A program made the position numbers and the translations under genes. A stretch of DNA of 64,000 nt from Eledone cirrhosa (taxonomy: Eukaryota), in NCBI GenBank assembly GCA_964016885.1, contig OZ024742.1, positions 6,324,001-6,388,000 of the forward strand, in the 5' to 3' direction. Shown piece after piece: positions 12,313-24,967 of the stretch; the first letter of the stretch is position 1; every line of letters begins with the position of its first letter. The notes beneath the pieces were generated by a model. The model was not told the origin of the DNA, did not search any database, and worked only from the letters and a program-made list of their open reading frames with translations.

Positions 12313-13799
12313 GGACCGCTGGTACAACCATCGCCATTCATTCAAGAAGGAGGCCAAAAGGAAAAGCACAGCTCTCTCCGACCTGATCTGGAAGCTTAAG
12401 CTGGACAGGACCCCATACTCTCTGGCCTGGTACATAATCAGGAAAGTACCACCCGATAAAGGGGGATCTTGCATATGCAAACTATGCCTGAACGAGACCC
12501 TCGAGATACTAAGAGGTGGAAGCGGCCTGATAAACCCCAGAACCGACTTCTTCGGGACATGCAGACACCTTCGAGCCGGGACCTTTCTCAAAATATATGG
12601 ACAGTAGCAACACAAGAAGATGTGAACTCCCCTCAAGCTATAGGGACTTCTACAGAACATGAAAACACCTCTCGGCCACACCTCCCTCAAGCTATATGGA
12701 CAATTACAACACCCTAGGTTGTGAACTCCCCTCAAGCCATAGGGAACAACCCAGGCGGAGCAGACACCATGATAGCCTAGAGACAGAATCGGACACAGCC
12801 ATAATAATCTGGCCAACATCTATAACACAAACACTTTTAATTTACCAGATTTCTGACTTTAAAGTTCCAATCTTAAATCTTGATTTCTCTATATTAATTT
12901 GTTATTTGTTTTCTGCCCTCTTCACTGTATAACCTTATATTTATATTTATTTTAAGTTGAGATAGATTATAACACAAACACATTGAATATCTCATCTTAA
13001 CATCTTGTATCATACCAATCTATCCAACATATTCTGACCTTGAGATTGGTTATAGCACACACACACACACACTTTATCCTACATTATTTCTCACTTCTCC
13101 ATATACATTATCATTACTTTTTCACCAATCTCTCATTTACTCTTTATTCTTTATTCTCTATTTATTTATTTATTTTCAAATTACACAAATTATATTAATT
13201 ATTTTATTTTATTATATTATTTATTTATCTTCTGTTTTCTTCATTTATTGCCTTATATTTCTTCATATACATGAAATAACCCCCCCCCCCCGCCACCACC
13301 ACTACGATGGTGGCGGGTGGGATGAAGAGAAAACACAAACTGAATACTTCTAAATTGTTAGCAGCAGCAAGATATAAGCTGACCACTACAACAACAACAG
13401 TACCAAAATAATGGTGGAGGTCAAATGTACTGAACAATAGCAGGCATAAACACTACAGGGAGCCTCACCCCAGAAAGAATTCTATAGACTTCTGACTGAG
13501 GAATGCTCTCAGAACTGAACAATGGGAAGTTTGACACATTTTTTGATATTTTGTTCCTTCAACACCTTGTCCCTTCTACCATTTTATCAATTTTTAAGCT
13601 AACTCCAACAATGACAACACTAATAACTGACCAATGAGAGGAGAAGGGGACCTGTGACACTAAAATTCGTTTGTTTGAATTCATATGACTCCAGTTCCCC
13701 AGTGAATTAACAACCCAACAAGGAACTGGGCATATCAGAGTATTGACAATATCATACACCTAAACAACATATGTACTTGTCTATACCATACTAATTCAA

Positions 13800-13854
13800 A
13801 CTGCCTGAAGAGGTCACAGCCAAAGATGGCTGTCACTGAAATATATATAGCAGT
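13800..13854 (+). ncRNA. Type I hammerhead ribozyme, family B right arm
   Basis: actgc-CTGAAGA-ggtcacagcca/aaga/tggctgtcact-GAAA-tatata-TA-gcagt. 5-bp stem I, 11-bp stem II with one mismatch, palindromic stem III. Confidence 0.87.
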
Positions 13855-13995
13855 AATAAACGAAGCTAAATTTTAATCATTTGACTTTTATTTAACTTTA
13901 TTTTACACTACTCCGGAGTAACCAAACCAACCTGCGCACTTCGTCGAGTGCTCCAGCCTGCATACTGAGGTGTTGGTATACAACCAACATAAACT

Positions 13996-14024
<29 letters not shown>

Positions 14025-14030
<6 letters not shown>

Positions 14031-14990
14031 GGAAAAATTTGAACAGGGACAAAACAGAGAGGCAGTACAACGAATGTTTATTAATTTCCCGCTCTGGAGA
14101 GTGGGGTGTTGGTGGGGGACGACGTTTCGGGCATAAGCGCTTCCTCAGGGGAGAAGTGTGTGGGAACAGAGTTCAAAGGGTGTGTAGGGGAGTGGTGGAG
14201 AGACATATAGCGAAAGGAAACGGTGCGAATGAAAAAAATAAAAATAAAATTAAAAATAAAGCATGATCAAAATACAAGGAATGAAATAAATTTAAATATA
14301 AAAGCATGATCAAAATAAACTGAAATTAAAAGGGGGGTAAAACAGGTGGTGGAAGGGTGTGGGGTGTGTAGGGGTGGTGGCGAGTGGAGTGGGGAGAGGG
14401 AGACGGGGTGTCCGAGCGGGGAGGGCTGAAGGTGGTGTGTGTGTGTAGGTGTACGTGTGTGTGTGTGTGTGTGTGTATGTGAAAGTAATGGTTGCGGGAA
14501 GAACGGGGTTGCATGTTCAGGAAGAGGTGTGTGTGTGTGTGTGGGGGGGGGGGTCGGAGTGTCTGTGCGTGTGTGGATAGAGGGGGGAGGAATCAGGAGG
14601 CTGAGGGTGTAAATATGTGGTGGAAAGCACGTGTGTGTGGGGTTTAAGCGTGTTGTGGGTGTAGGTGGCGTGTGGAGAAACAAATTTTTGGGGGGTGTGT
14701 GTGTGGGTGAGTTATATAGGTGATTACGTAAGAGGATGGTTGAAAAGTTTGTAAAATCCGAAGGTGTTTAGTGGATTCTGTGGTGGTCAATTTCTGCGTG
14801 CGAGTAGTCCATGAAGCGATGGTCGGAAGAGGAGAGATGTGGGGTGCGCGCGCAACAGGAAGTGGTCAAGCAGTGGGAGTGCTGTGTGTCTGTTTGTGCT
14901 GGGAGGTGGTCAGAGGGCATAGCAGCAGTCGGTGGAATGGTAAAGGGGCGAGGATGGGTAGGTGTGAAAGTTGGAGTGAGGAGGGTGTGT
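14025..14990 (-). mobile_element. Dispersed repeat with hammerhead-like core; PLE pLTR-like; sister copy at 31705-32520
   Basis: Reverse complement aligns by eye with 31705-32520. Core CTGAGGA-a-gcgcttatgccc-GAAA-cgtcg-TC at 14118-14148 lacks an obvious stem I. (TA)n flanks. Confidence 0.7.
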
Positions 14991-15023
14991 GTGTGTGTAT
15001 ATATATTTGTGTATATATATATT

Positions 15024-15059
<36 letters not shown>

Positions 15060-15061
<2 letters not shown>

Positions 15062-15444
15062 AAATTAAAATTAAAATTAAGGGTTGTCATGTCTGAGAGA
15101 CACGCGCCATATCCACCGTAGAATAAGCTCAAAGATTAGATCCGAGCATTACATATCAACTAGAAACAGATTGACATATATATATATATAAAATAAATAC
15201 ATGAAACAATCACAGGGAATAATTTGTAAAGAAGGTATGCACACATAGCTAGGTAGGTAACTAATTAAAGTTTAACTAGAACTTCAAATATAGATACCTT
15301 TTAAAATATTTGAAGTTCTAGTCAAATTTTAATTGGTTACCTACTTAGCTATGTGTGCCTACATTCTTTACAAATTATTCCCTGTGATTGTTTCATGTAT
15401 TTATTTTATATATATATATATGTCTATCTATTTCTAGTTGATAT
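15060..15444. mobile_element. Short non-coding fold-back element; relative of 30365-31545
   Basis: ~15152-15290 is inverted at 15304-15444. The left arm has an extra tail (15060-15151) homologous to 30775-30893. (TA)n flanks. Confidence 0.75.
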
Positions 15445-15594
15445 ATATGTATATATGTGTGTAAGTATATACTGTATATACATATATATATATATATACA
15501 TATATATAATTATATATATATATATACGTTCACACATACATACGCCCGCCACCCCCACACACAACATACACACACGTACGTAGACACACACACA

Positions 15595-15635
<41 letters not shown>

Positions 15636-15827
15636 CAACATGGTTATATAAACTTGATAAAAAAGAAGTAATAGTGGTATATTGAACAGAAAAGCAGAGA
15701 CGAACATTTCCGTTTTACACAAGTAAACCTCTTTTATTGAACATTTGAATTCTTCATCTTTTATTGTTTGAAAACTTTTCGAACATTTCATCAGCATCAT
15801 CATCATATTATAATCATCAGAACGTAA

Positions 15828-15978
15828 AGGGCCAGCATAGAGTTATGGCCCTTTACGTTCTGAGGTCAAATCCCGCCGAGGTTAACTTTGCCTTTCATCC
15901 TTACGGCGTCGATAAAATAAAGTACCTGTAATGTACTGAGATAATTGCTGGCCTTGTGCCAAAAGTAGAAACAATTAT
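15828..15978 (+). mobile_element. 5'-truncated SINE, with a further fragment at ~16005-16100
   Basis: gaggtcaaatcccgccgaggttaactttgcctttcatcc...gctggccttgtgccaaaagtagaaacaatta followed by an (ATT)n tail. Confidence 0.8.
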
Positions 15979-16190
15979 TATTATATTATTATTATTATTA
16001 TCCCAAGGAGGTTAGCTTTGCATTTCATCCTCAAGAGGTCGATAGATGAAGTACCAGTAATGTACTGGGGTCGATTTAATCAACTTTCCAGTCCCCTTCA
16101 AAAAAATATGCATAGATATATAATAGCTTATTATATAATAAATGTTAGGTTGAACTCCAACAAATGTCGAATAGATTTTCCTGATATCCT

Positions 16191-16225
<35 letters not shown>

Positions 16226-16489
16226 TATATATATGTGTGTGTGTGTGTGCGTGTGCGTGTATGTGTGTGTGTGTGTGTGTGCGTGTGCGTGTATGTCCAT
16301 GTGAGTGGAAATTTATGTTTGCGCGTGTGTAAGTTTGTGTGTGGACTTATACCGTAATAAAAACAGCTGGAAGTAGTTAAAATGTCGTGTAACATTTATT
16401 TTCTTTCTAATATGTCTACACCTCACATTTCGATATAGGATTACTAATTGTACCACCCCATATCACCATGTATATATATATATATATAC

Positions 16490-16590
<101 letters not shown>

Positions 16591-16600
16591 TGACATATAA

Positions 16601-16650
16601 ATAATCATTTCTCTGAGGAGCCCGTGTGGCGAAACAGTATGTAAGATTAT
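16601..16650 (+). ncRNA. Type I hammerhead ribozyme in a short terminal fragment (~16587-16850)
   Basis: tct-CTGAGGA-gcc/cgtgt/ggc-GAAA-ca/gta/tg-TA-aga. Stem I extendable by ataatc/gattat. Confidence 0.75.
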
Positions 16651-16881
16651 ATAAAGAACTTGTTTTAACGGCTTGTAACTCCTTCATTCATTTGCTTATT
16701 CCTGCTCTGCTTGAACAATCTACTAAATATTAAATCTCTAATATTTAACTCTGCTAATCCAAGCATTGAGCACACTCCGCTTTGGCTATTGGCATTTAGT
16801 AATCTGCATCGCATTTCTCTGTATCTCTCTGCTTCCTCCTCTCCTACGATACATATATCCTATTATTTATATATATATATA

Positions 16882-17044
16882 TAGAAAAAGGTTCAGGACC
16901 CTGACGGCAGAGCTCAAGCCGTTTCGACGGCTTTTTCTGGGCTCTGGGTCCTGAACCTTTTCCTATTATCCACTCTACTACCCAAAGTATCGAGTACTCT
17001 GGTGCGTTATGGTCCACCTGGTTCCTTACCATACTTCCTTCGTT
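16882..17044. mobile_element. Tiny fold-back PLE-type terminus, family E; sister copy at 25409-25613
   Basis: tagaaaaaggttcaggaccc is inverted as gggtcctgaaccttttccta, followed by a tail with GAGTACTC. (TA)n on both sides. Confidence 0.7.
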
Positions 17045-17059
17045 ATATATATATTCTAT

Positions 17060-17305
17060 TCTAGGGCGGTAAAATTCCAGAGATCCATGGACGAGTTCTC
17101 TCCAGCGGTCTCTGTCCCTCATTATCGCTGCCATGTCCTGCAACTCCAACAGACCAGTGTCTGTCCTTAGGGCATCAACATACGTTAACCTTGGTCTTCC
17201 TCTTCCAGTGTGTCCATGTAGGGGCCCCCACAGGAGCACTGAGTGCAGTGTCAACTCTGGATGACGGTGAGCATGTCCAGCTAACCTCAGTCTCCTCTGT
17301 GTCAC
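17060..17305 (-). pseudogene. RTE-type LINE ORF C-terminal fragment
   Basis: QRRLRLAGHAHRH...LLW..HGHTGRGRPRLTYVD....DRDRWR is the typical RTE C-terminus. Confidence 0.85.
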
Positions 17306-17953
17306 TTCTGAGAGTGTTGTATTTTGCTTGAAGCATTGTGGAGTGATAGAAATAGTCGTTTTGGAAGCCTCAACAATTCAGATTGGTAAATCTCCGGGTA
17401 ACCGAATCAGGTGGTAATGAGAGCGAGAGAGATGTAAGAGGAAGGGTAGAAAGAGACGTCTCCCCCATACTCATCGATCTGTTGGTCTTGTCTACTCCAT
17501 GCTTTGTTTATTGTTGGTTTTGTTTTCCAAGTAGATTGTTTACACACAAGGCATTCCATGGTTACATGCGTTTGTTCTATATATATATGTAGTGTATATT
17601 ATATATATATTTCGTTTCTGAATTTGTTTAGCAAGATTCTTTATCTGAAATCGTGTGTTGAAACCGATATTGTTATACTTTGGGAGGGTCATGTTGCCAA
17701 TAAGAAACACACGCACCAGTTGCATTCACTTCAATTTATTATAATAAATTTATAAAAAATTTATAAATTTATAAATTTCAACAACACACACACCAACAAC
17801 AACAACAATAATAACATACCCAGAAACAACAACAACAGACACGCAGACACAAACAACAATAACAACACACACAACAATAATAACACACACGGAGACAATA
17901 ACAACACACATCAACAACAGCACACATCAACAACAACAACACACACACATTCA

Positions 17954-20650
17954 ATGCCTCTCACCACCACCACAATCTTAACAAACACACAGACACAGAA
18001 AACAAGTAATGACAGTAGCACAGAAATCACAGAAATAAGGGAAAGTAATACGATTAAAAGGAGAAGGGAGACTAAGGACAAAGAAAATAACCAAGACGAA
18101 CACACAGACACACAAAATAGGGTAGATAACAACAATGAGCCAGTGGAAAGAGACAGGAGTAATTATGAGAGACATAGAAACAACCATGAGGCTGTTGGTG
18201 GAAATAGAAATAGAAACAACACAACTAACAATAACAATAGCACTAGTACACATAAAGCAGCAGCCTGGAACTCTACTTTTTATAATCCCCCCTATAAATC
18301 GTTCGACCTGCGACGAGTCCACGCCACGACTTTACCATTTAACAAACGCACGCAATTGCCGTCGCAGGTCAATGAACAAACAGAAGCACAATTTAGTATA
18401 GCTAGATCCGAACTTAGAAATATTATAGAACAGTATAGCAAAAAGCATAATAGAATTGAGGCCCAGAAACTGGGAGAAAAATCTGCAAATGGCTTGCGTA
18501 AGCTTATGCAGCGCTCGCGTAATGGAGAGATAGCATGCTTTCCAATAGACAAGTCTGGCAGAATGTCGGTTGACAGCCTGCCAAACTAGATCCAGGCAAT
18601 GCAAACCCACATCACTAACACAAGAGAGGTAACACCACAGGAGCATGAGGATAGAGAAAAAGCCCTCAATGCCCATATGGTGATGTGGACGAATATAATG
18701 CAGCCCAACAAAAGGACTGCCAACAACTTCCATGCCTGGAACAATGATGTACCGGCGTTGTATGGGCTTCGAAAAGACCATAAAACGGGCAGTGACCCTG
18801 TCGCGGGACCACCAACACGGCCAGTCTGTGGAGCTAACATTGCTAGTAACTACAGACTGTCCTACTTCCTCTCCCTGATCATACGCCCCATCATTGAAAT
18901 GTCCCCAGATGTATGTGACAGCACGGAGGACCTCCTCAGCAGAATCGGCATGAGTAACCGATCTAGGGACCTAACAAACTGCATAATAGGTAGTATGGAT
19001 GTTGTGTCCCTGTATCCATCTATTGATGTGGATTTTGCTGTGGAGAAATGCGTAGAAATGATCAGTGAGAGCAATGTTGAGTTCCGTGGGATTGATACCA
19101 GTGAGCTGGGACACCTACTTAAACTTACCTATAGTAATAATTACCTACACACATATGACCTTAGCAACCTGTGCCCTACAAGACCAGCAATAGGCAGACC
19201 ACCTACCATTACCTCAATGGCCAAGAAAACCCACACATATAGATGGAACGGGTGGACCAGAGCCATACGGACACCCGAAAACCACGATGAACTGAAGAAA
19301 ATGATTGCACATGCGGTAGGGGCCAGCATAAAACTAACCCTTAAGGAACATATTTTCAAATTTAATGGAAAAACATATGCCCAAGAGGAAGGAGCAGCCA
19401 TTGGTGTTAGCATTGCAGGCGACATAGCTAACTTATTCATGGTATGGTGGGACAGTAGACTTAAACTTAAACTTAAAGAACAATTAGAAGACCCCTTAAC
19501 CCTGATAATGTACTCCCGCTACGTTGATGATATAAACATCGTAGTTAAGACACCCCCACTAGAGAACAGTCAGGAACTAGAGAAAAACACAATGGAAAGC
19601 ATCCAGCAAATAGCTAACTCCATCCACCAGAGCATTAGAGTTACTATAGACTACCCAAGTAAACACCCCAACCATCGATTACCTGTACTAGACACAGAGC
19701 TCTGGTTAGATACCATTAATAACAAAAAACAAATCCTCCATTCCCATTATGCCAAACCCATGACTTCCAAACATCTGATCCACCGAAACTCGGCCGTTTC
19801 GGACCATACCAAAATCAACATACCGATTGCGGATTTGGTACGGGTGATGAGAAACGTATCCCGCATGTGCAATCCCGAAGAACTAGAGAGACACATACAA
19901 CACTTCATCCACCGTATGCAGTTCTCTGGCTACAATCAGAGAGATAAAATCAGAGTGTATAGAGGAGCCAGAACCAAATGGGAAAAAATGGTAAATAATG
20001 ACATAAATGGGACCTGCCCCTTGTATAGGAGCAAATTTTGGAATAGAATAGAAAGAACTAGGAACAAGGCTAATAGAATAAACTCATGGTATGATAGCAA
20101 TAAATACCAGAGTGTAATGTTCATCGATACAACCCCTAGAGGTGAATTAGCTTACAAATTTAGAAGGGCCCTAAATAAACATAAACTCAATATTAAGATA
20201 GTAGAAAGACCAGGTACCTCCGTAAAAACACTTATTAGCAAGACATACCCTTTTCAAAGACCCTCATGTATAGATAAGAAATGTATAACCTGTAAAATAA
20301 GCCCCCATATTAACTGTAAAACTAGAAATGTAGTGTATAGCATAAGATGTGCTGAAGGACAATGTAGAGACAAAAATATAGTGTACATAGGTGAGACAGC
20401 TCGTAGTATAGGGGAACGGATAAATGAACACTGGCGAGACCTTCAAGATAGTAAAGAATCATCTGTACTCTACCAACATGCTAAAATAGAACACAAGGGT
20501 AAATTAGAGAACATAGAAATAAAAATAGAATCTCCACACAGAAAAGACGCAATGTTTAGACAAATTACAGAGGCAATAAACATAAAAGAATTACAATCAA
20601 AATTAAATAGAAAATATGAGTGGAACAGCAACATCACAACTTACAATTAA
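17954..20650 (+). pseudogene. PLE RT-GIY-YIG polyprotein interrupted by one in-frame TAG (18587-18589)
   Basis: ORFs 17954-18589 and 18599-20650 share a frame. Motifs: PIDKSG, LYGLRKDHK, TRPVCGA, SMDVVSLYPSI, QEEGAAIG, RYVDD, VLD, CxxxxCxxC linker, NVVYSIRC..YIGETAR..ER..EH. Confidence 0.92.
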
Positions 20651-20843
20651 GGACAAAATGAAAACACACACACACATAGAACAAACAACCAACCAGTAAC
20701 ATGTAATTAAACAAATAAATAAATGAACATAAACACACACAGACACCCGGATGTGGCGCATGCGCAGACTGAGCACACAACACAGAAACAAATGGCGTAG
20801 GACAGAACAAAGGAGAGGCACAGAAACAAAGAAAGGAATCCCC

Positions 20844-20888
20844 AGTCACTGAAGAGGTCACAGAGTGTGTGACGAAAGAACTATGACT
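20844..20888 (+). ncRNA. Minimal type I hammerhead ribozyme, family A copy 2
   Basis: agtca-CTGAAGA-g-gtcac/gtgac-GAAA-gaac-TA-tgact. Confidence 0.75.
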
Positions 20889-21070
20889 ATATATAAACAA
20901 CTATCTGGTTGTGGAACCAACCAACCAACCAACCAGAAATTTATAAACTTATAATTTTTTTATAAATTTATTATAATAAATTGAAGTGAAAGCAACTGGT
21001 GCGTGTGTTTCTTATTGGCAACATGACCCTCCCAAAGTATAACAACATTATATATATATATATATATATA

Positions 21071-21884
21071 TAATAATAAGGGCGCTGCGGAGTTGCAAAT
21101 GGGTTACACATGAAAAAAGTTTGTCCTTCATCAGTGATCTTCCAACTATCATAGGCATTTCATCGCTTTAAAGACCATATACCTCCGGTTGGTGCGAGCA
21201 ACGGCTAAAAAAAGTCGTTTGGACACGTAAATAAAGGGAACGCGAGGGTAAACAAACAAAATGGTGAAGCAACAGAAAGTGAGGAAGAAGGAGACAAGTC
21301 CCAGATTTCTATGAATTTAAGTTCGGTGAAATCGTGAAGGAGAGAATAAAGACCATCAAACCTGGTTGAAATGTGAGCAAGGAAGGAATTTCGCACAGGT
21401 CTAACGGAAGGAAGAAGTGGTCTGGTCTGCGAATTCGGTAAACATAAGTTCTGTGAAATCGTAGACGAGAGAGAAAAAATTCCGACCAGCTTAGCCGAGC
21501 GTGCGAGAGAAAAGAATTACTCACAGGTCAAACGGGAAGAAAGAGGAGGAGGAGAGGTAGTGACAGAGAATGAGTGAGTGAAGGGTGAGGAAGAGGCTAA
21601 CAGAGAAAGAGACTGCTAGAAAGGGTAAAGATACATAGAACGAAAAAGACGGTGTAGCAGCAGAGGAAAAAATATGTGTAAATATGATAATAAGGGCGCT
21701 ACGGAGTTGCAAATGGGTTACATATGAAAGAAGTTTGTCCTTCATCAGTGATCTTCCAACTATCATAGGCATTTCATCGCTTTAAAGACCATATACCGCC
21801 GGTTGGTGCGAGCAACGGCTAAAAAAAGTCGTTGGGACACGTAAATAAAGGGGACGCGAGGGTAAACAAACAAAATGGTGAAGC
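21071..21884. mobile_element. Non-coding element with ~200-bp terminal direct repeats (614-bp period) between (TA)n tracts
   Basis: 21071-21271 is repeated at ~21686-21884. There is an internal ~127-bp subrepeat and no coding capacity. Confidence 0.7.
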
Positions 21885-21942
<58 letters not shown>

Positions 21943-22489
21943 ATATTTAAAGTAATTATCAATAGTGAATAGACTGGTTGGAGCAATGAGGGTATTGTAT
22001 ATATACACGAACCAGACCAGAAACTAATCGGCTGTGGAGCCAATTTTGTAAACCCACAAGCTGTCCTGTTGCGCATGCGCACTGGATGTAGATGATTTTC
22101 AGCAGATCGATAAAAATGAACACCACAACACGCAACTCAATATCAGGAATTAATGCAATTATTTTAAATATAAACTACAGCCGCCTTGGTGTTACTTAAA
22201 TAATTAAATAGCTTAAACATCAGATTATATACAAACTGTGTTTCTATGTCACACATATTTTACAAGCAGAATATATAAATTTGTTTCCTCAACAGCCGTC
22301 CCCAAACAGTTAAATGCTCTAAATGATACACTAAAACAACAATAAATTTAAATACTACACCCAATTTTAATGGAAAAAATTTAAATGAAATCTTTACACC
22401 ACACCCGGCTCTCGTTTTCTGGCTTTTAATGAACACCGTCTGCTTTTTAAATGCGTCTTATTAAATGAAATGAAATTCTTCAAAGGACC

Positions 22490-22552
<63 letters not shown>

Positions 22553-22592
22553 ATTTGTGTGTGTATGTGAATGCATGTGTATGTGTGTGTGC

Positions 22593-22656
<64 letters not shown>

Positions 22657-22854
22657 GTATTTGTGTGTGTATGTGTATGTGTTTGTGTAGACCCGTAACT
22701 CTTGATAGAATCGTAGGGGCGCCATAATGATACACGGCATGTCTTGTGCATTTCAAACTTGGCTGAGTATCTCCCCTTTCTATGTCTGAACACACCCTAT
22801 GTTTCCCACAGCAGGAAAAAGAGTAATAACAAGGAAGCTAGAAAAACATATTGA

Positions 22855-23410
22855 AGAAGGATCGACCCCAATATTTCACTGGTACTATTTATTTTATCGA
22901 CTTTGAAAGGATAAACAGCAAAGTTAACCTCGGCGGAATGAAGGAACCAATATCAGAAATCCTTCTCTCCGACGTTGTAACAACTGTGCCAATTGTTGGC
23001 CATGGATTGGCACTATCGGTAGCGGGTCGGACGCCATGCTTTGCAGCAAAGAGTAACGGTCCTTTATGGTATGATTTCAAATCCCGCTGAGGTTAACTTT
23101 GCCTTTCATCCTTACGGGGTCGATAAAATAAAATACCAGTAATACACTGGGGTAATTGCTGGCCTTGTGCCAAATATAGAAACAATTATGTCAACATATC
23201 TACACATTATTATTGAAATGTTTAGTGAATTGGCAGTATCGGTAGAGGGTCGGACGCCATGCTTTGACGCATAGAGTTACGGCCCTTGCCATTCTGAGTT
23301 CAAATCCCGCCGAGGTTAACTTTGCCTTTCATCCTTACGGGGTCGATAAAATAAAGTACCAGTAATACACTGGGAAATTGCTGGCCTTGTGCCAAAAGTA
23401 GAAACAATTA
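22855..23410. mobile_element. Cluster of three SINE copies (22855-22940 minus; ~23000-23190 plus; 23222-23410 plus)
   Basis: Shared core and 3' end with 3208-3398. The last copy has the 14-bp TSD attattattgaaat (23206-23219 and 23407-23420). Confidence 0.85.
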
Positions 23411-23881
23411 TTATTGAAATATGACAGAAGAATAGAAAACATGAAGAAAAAACAAAGAGGAAATGTAAAAAGTCGCCTGTTAAGAAACTGTCGTAGAATT
23501 ATTGAACATTGAACAACAACAACAACTACAACAACACTAACAACAACAACAACGTTAGTGTTTGAGTTAACTTTATCGTTATTTACTGTAGCAGTGATAG
23601 AAAATTAAAGGGAAGAGGAAGTTATCGGTGGGTGGAGGGGTGGAGGGAGCTAATACTTTGGTTCTATTTTCATTTCTTTCTTTTTCTTTCTAGGGAATGG
23701 AGACTAAAGTGATGAGGTAGTGGTGATGGTGGAAGGGAAGGAGAAAGAGAGAGAGTGAGAGAGAGAGCGAGAAAGAGGGGGAGAGGGAGAGAGCATCTGT
23801 GAATAGGTATCATTGCCATAGGAAAGTTGGCAGACTGTGATTGATAAAGAGAGACAAAGGGTAAGAGAAAGATAGAGTGTA

Positions 23882-23921
<40 letters not shown>

Positions 23922-24967
23922 TTCTGGCACAGGTAAGTAAAGAATCAGTTAATCAAAGAAGGAGTGTCTAACATCACAGTAGTAACAAACAGCTAAGTTG
24001 CACACAGAAAAAAGCGAAAGACATGAGACGAACGAAAGCACCCTTATTCCTCGTCAGCTACTTTCTGGGAAATGCAATTTCGTTCATAACGGTGGGATTG
24101 CATAATATTGAGCCAGATGCTTTGAACAAGCCGCCGGAAAGATGGTCTCTGTGTTTAAATGTGTGTGTCTGAGTTTTGTGCTTGTATATATGCTTGTCTC
24201 TGTGTTTAAATATGCGTGTGTGTGCTTGACTTTGTGTTTAAATATGTGTGTGTGTGTTTTAATATCCCGTGATTCAACAAAAAGAGATCAATAAATCAGT
24301 ACCAGATTTGAAAAATAATGAACTGGGGTCAATATGATCGACTCAATCGAGGCGGTGCCCTAGAATGACCGCACTCTACTAACTGAAACACGTAAACGTA
24401 TAAAGGTGTATAAATATATAAGCAAATATGAAAAAATAGTGCGAGATTAACAAGAAAATGTCAGGAGCAAAATGTGAGGTGACACCACGGAATGGATTAA
24501 TGATAAATCAATTCAGAATGGTGAATATGTAAAGCTATTAAGCTTTGATGTGAAGAATCGTTATATAAAAGCATGCTGTATATACTCTTGTAAAAGTCGC
24601 AATTTTATAGACTGGTTGTTTTCTTTTTTAGGTTAAATTTATGGTGTCAGCCATTACATGGATTCTACTTTCGAGAGGCAGCAATCCACATTACAAAATA
24701 CCATATCTATAAACAAAACTGAAAATGGACTCTAAGTAAAGAAAAAGAAGAAAAAGAAGAAAACAATGAAATACAGTAATAATAGTGAGGCGAAGCAACA
24801 TCAGTATTGATGTTTCTACACATCAAAACACACAAGGCCTCATAGCCCCTTATAAATAATTCCACTTACGTTAGAAAATAATAGCGTAGAAAAATATGTT
24901 TCCTCATCGTAAAGTTTTATATTCATGATAAAACCTCCACACAAATAGTAATATGTTGTCCCTAAAC

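Larger units (their letters stand above)
8917..13998 (-). mobile_element. Penelope-like element family B: 5'-truncated ORF copy (12312 to 8917) with an inverted 3' copy (12313-13998)
   Basis: Arms 8917-10510 and 12313-13905 are ~1.59-kb near-identical inverted repeats. (TA)n flanks both ends. The right arm has an extra ~92-bp tail. Confidence 0.95.
17606..21045 (+). mobile_element. Penelope-like element family A copy 2, with an inverted 3'-terminal segment (17606-17779) at its 5' end
   Basis: 17606-17779 is the reverse complement of the family A terminus (cf. 2583-2757), including the tail. The ORF copy ends tail-less at ~21045. (TA)n on both sides. Confidence 0.93.

Noticed and set aside
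18587-18589. Recoded stop (selenocysteine as in Naiad PLEs)
   Set aside because: The codon is TAG, not TGA, at a position where Tyr is plausible. The endonuclease is C-terminal, unlike Naiads. A nonsense mutation is simpler.
23925-23940. Consensus splice donor CAGGTAAGT
   Set aside because: Isolated, preceded by (GA)n, with no supportable exon or acceptor.
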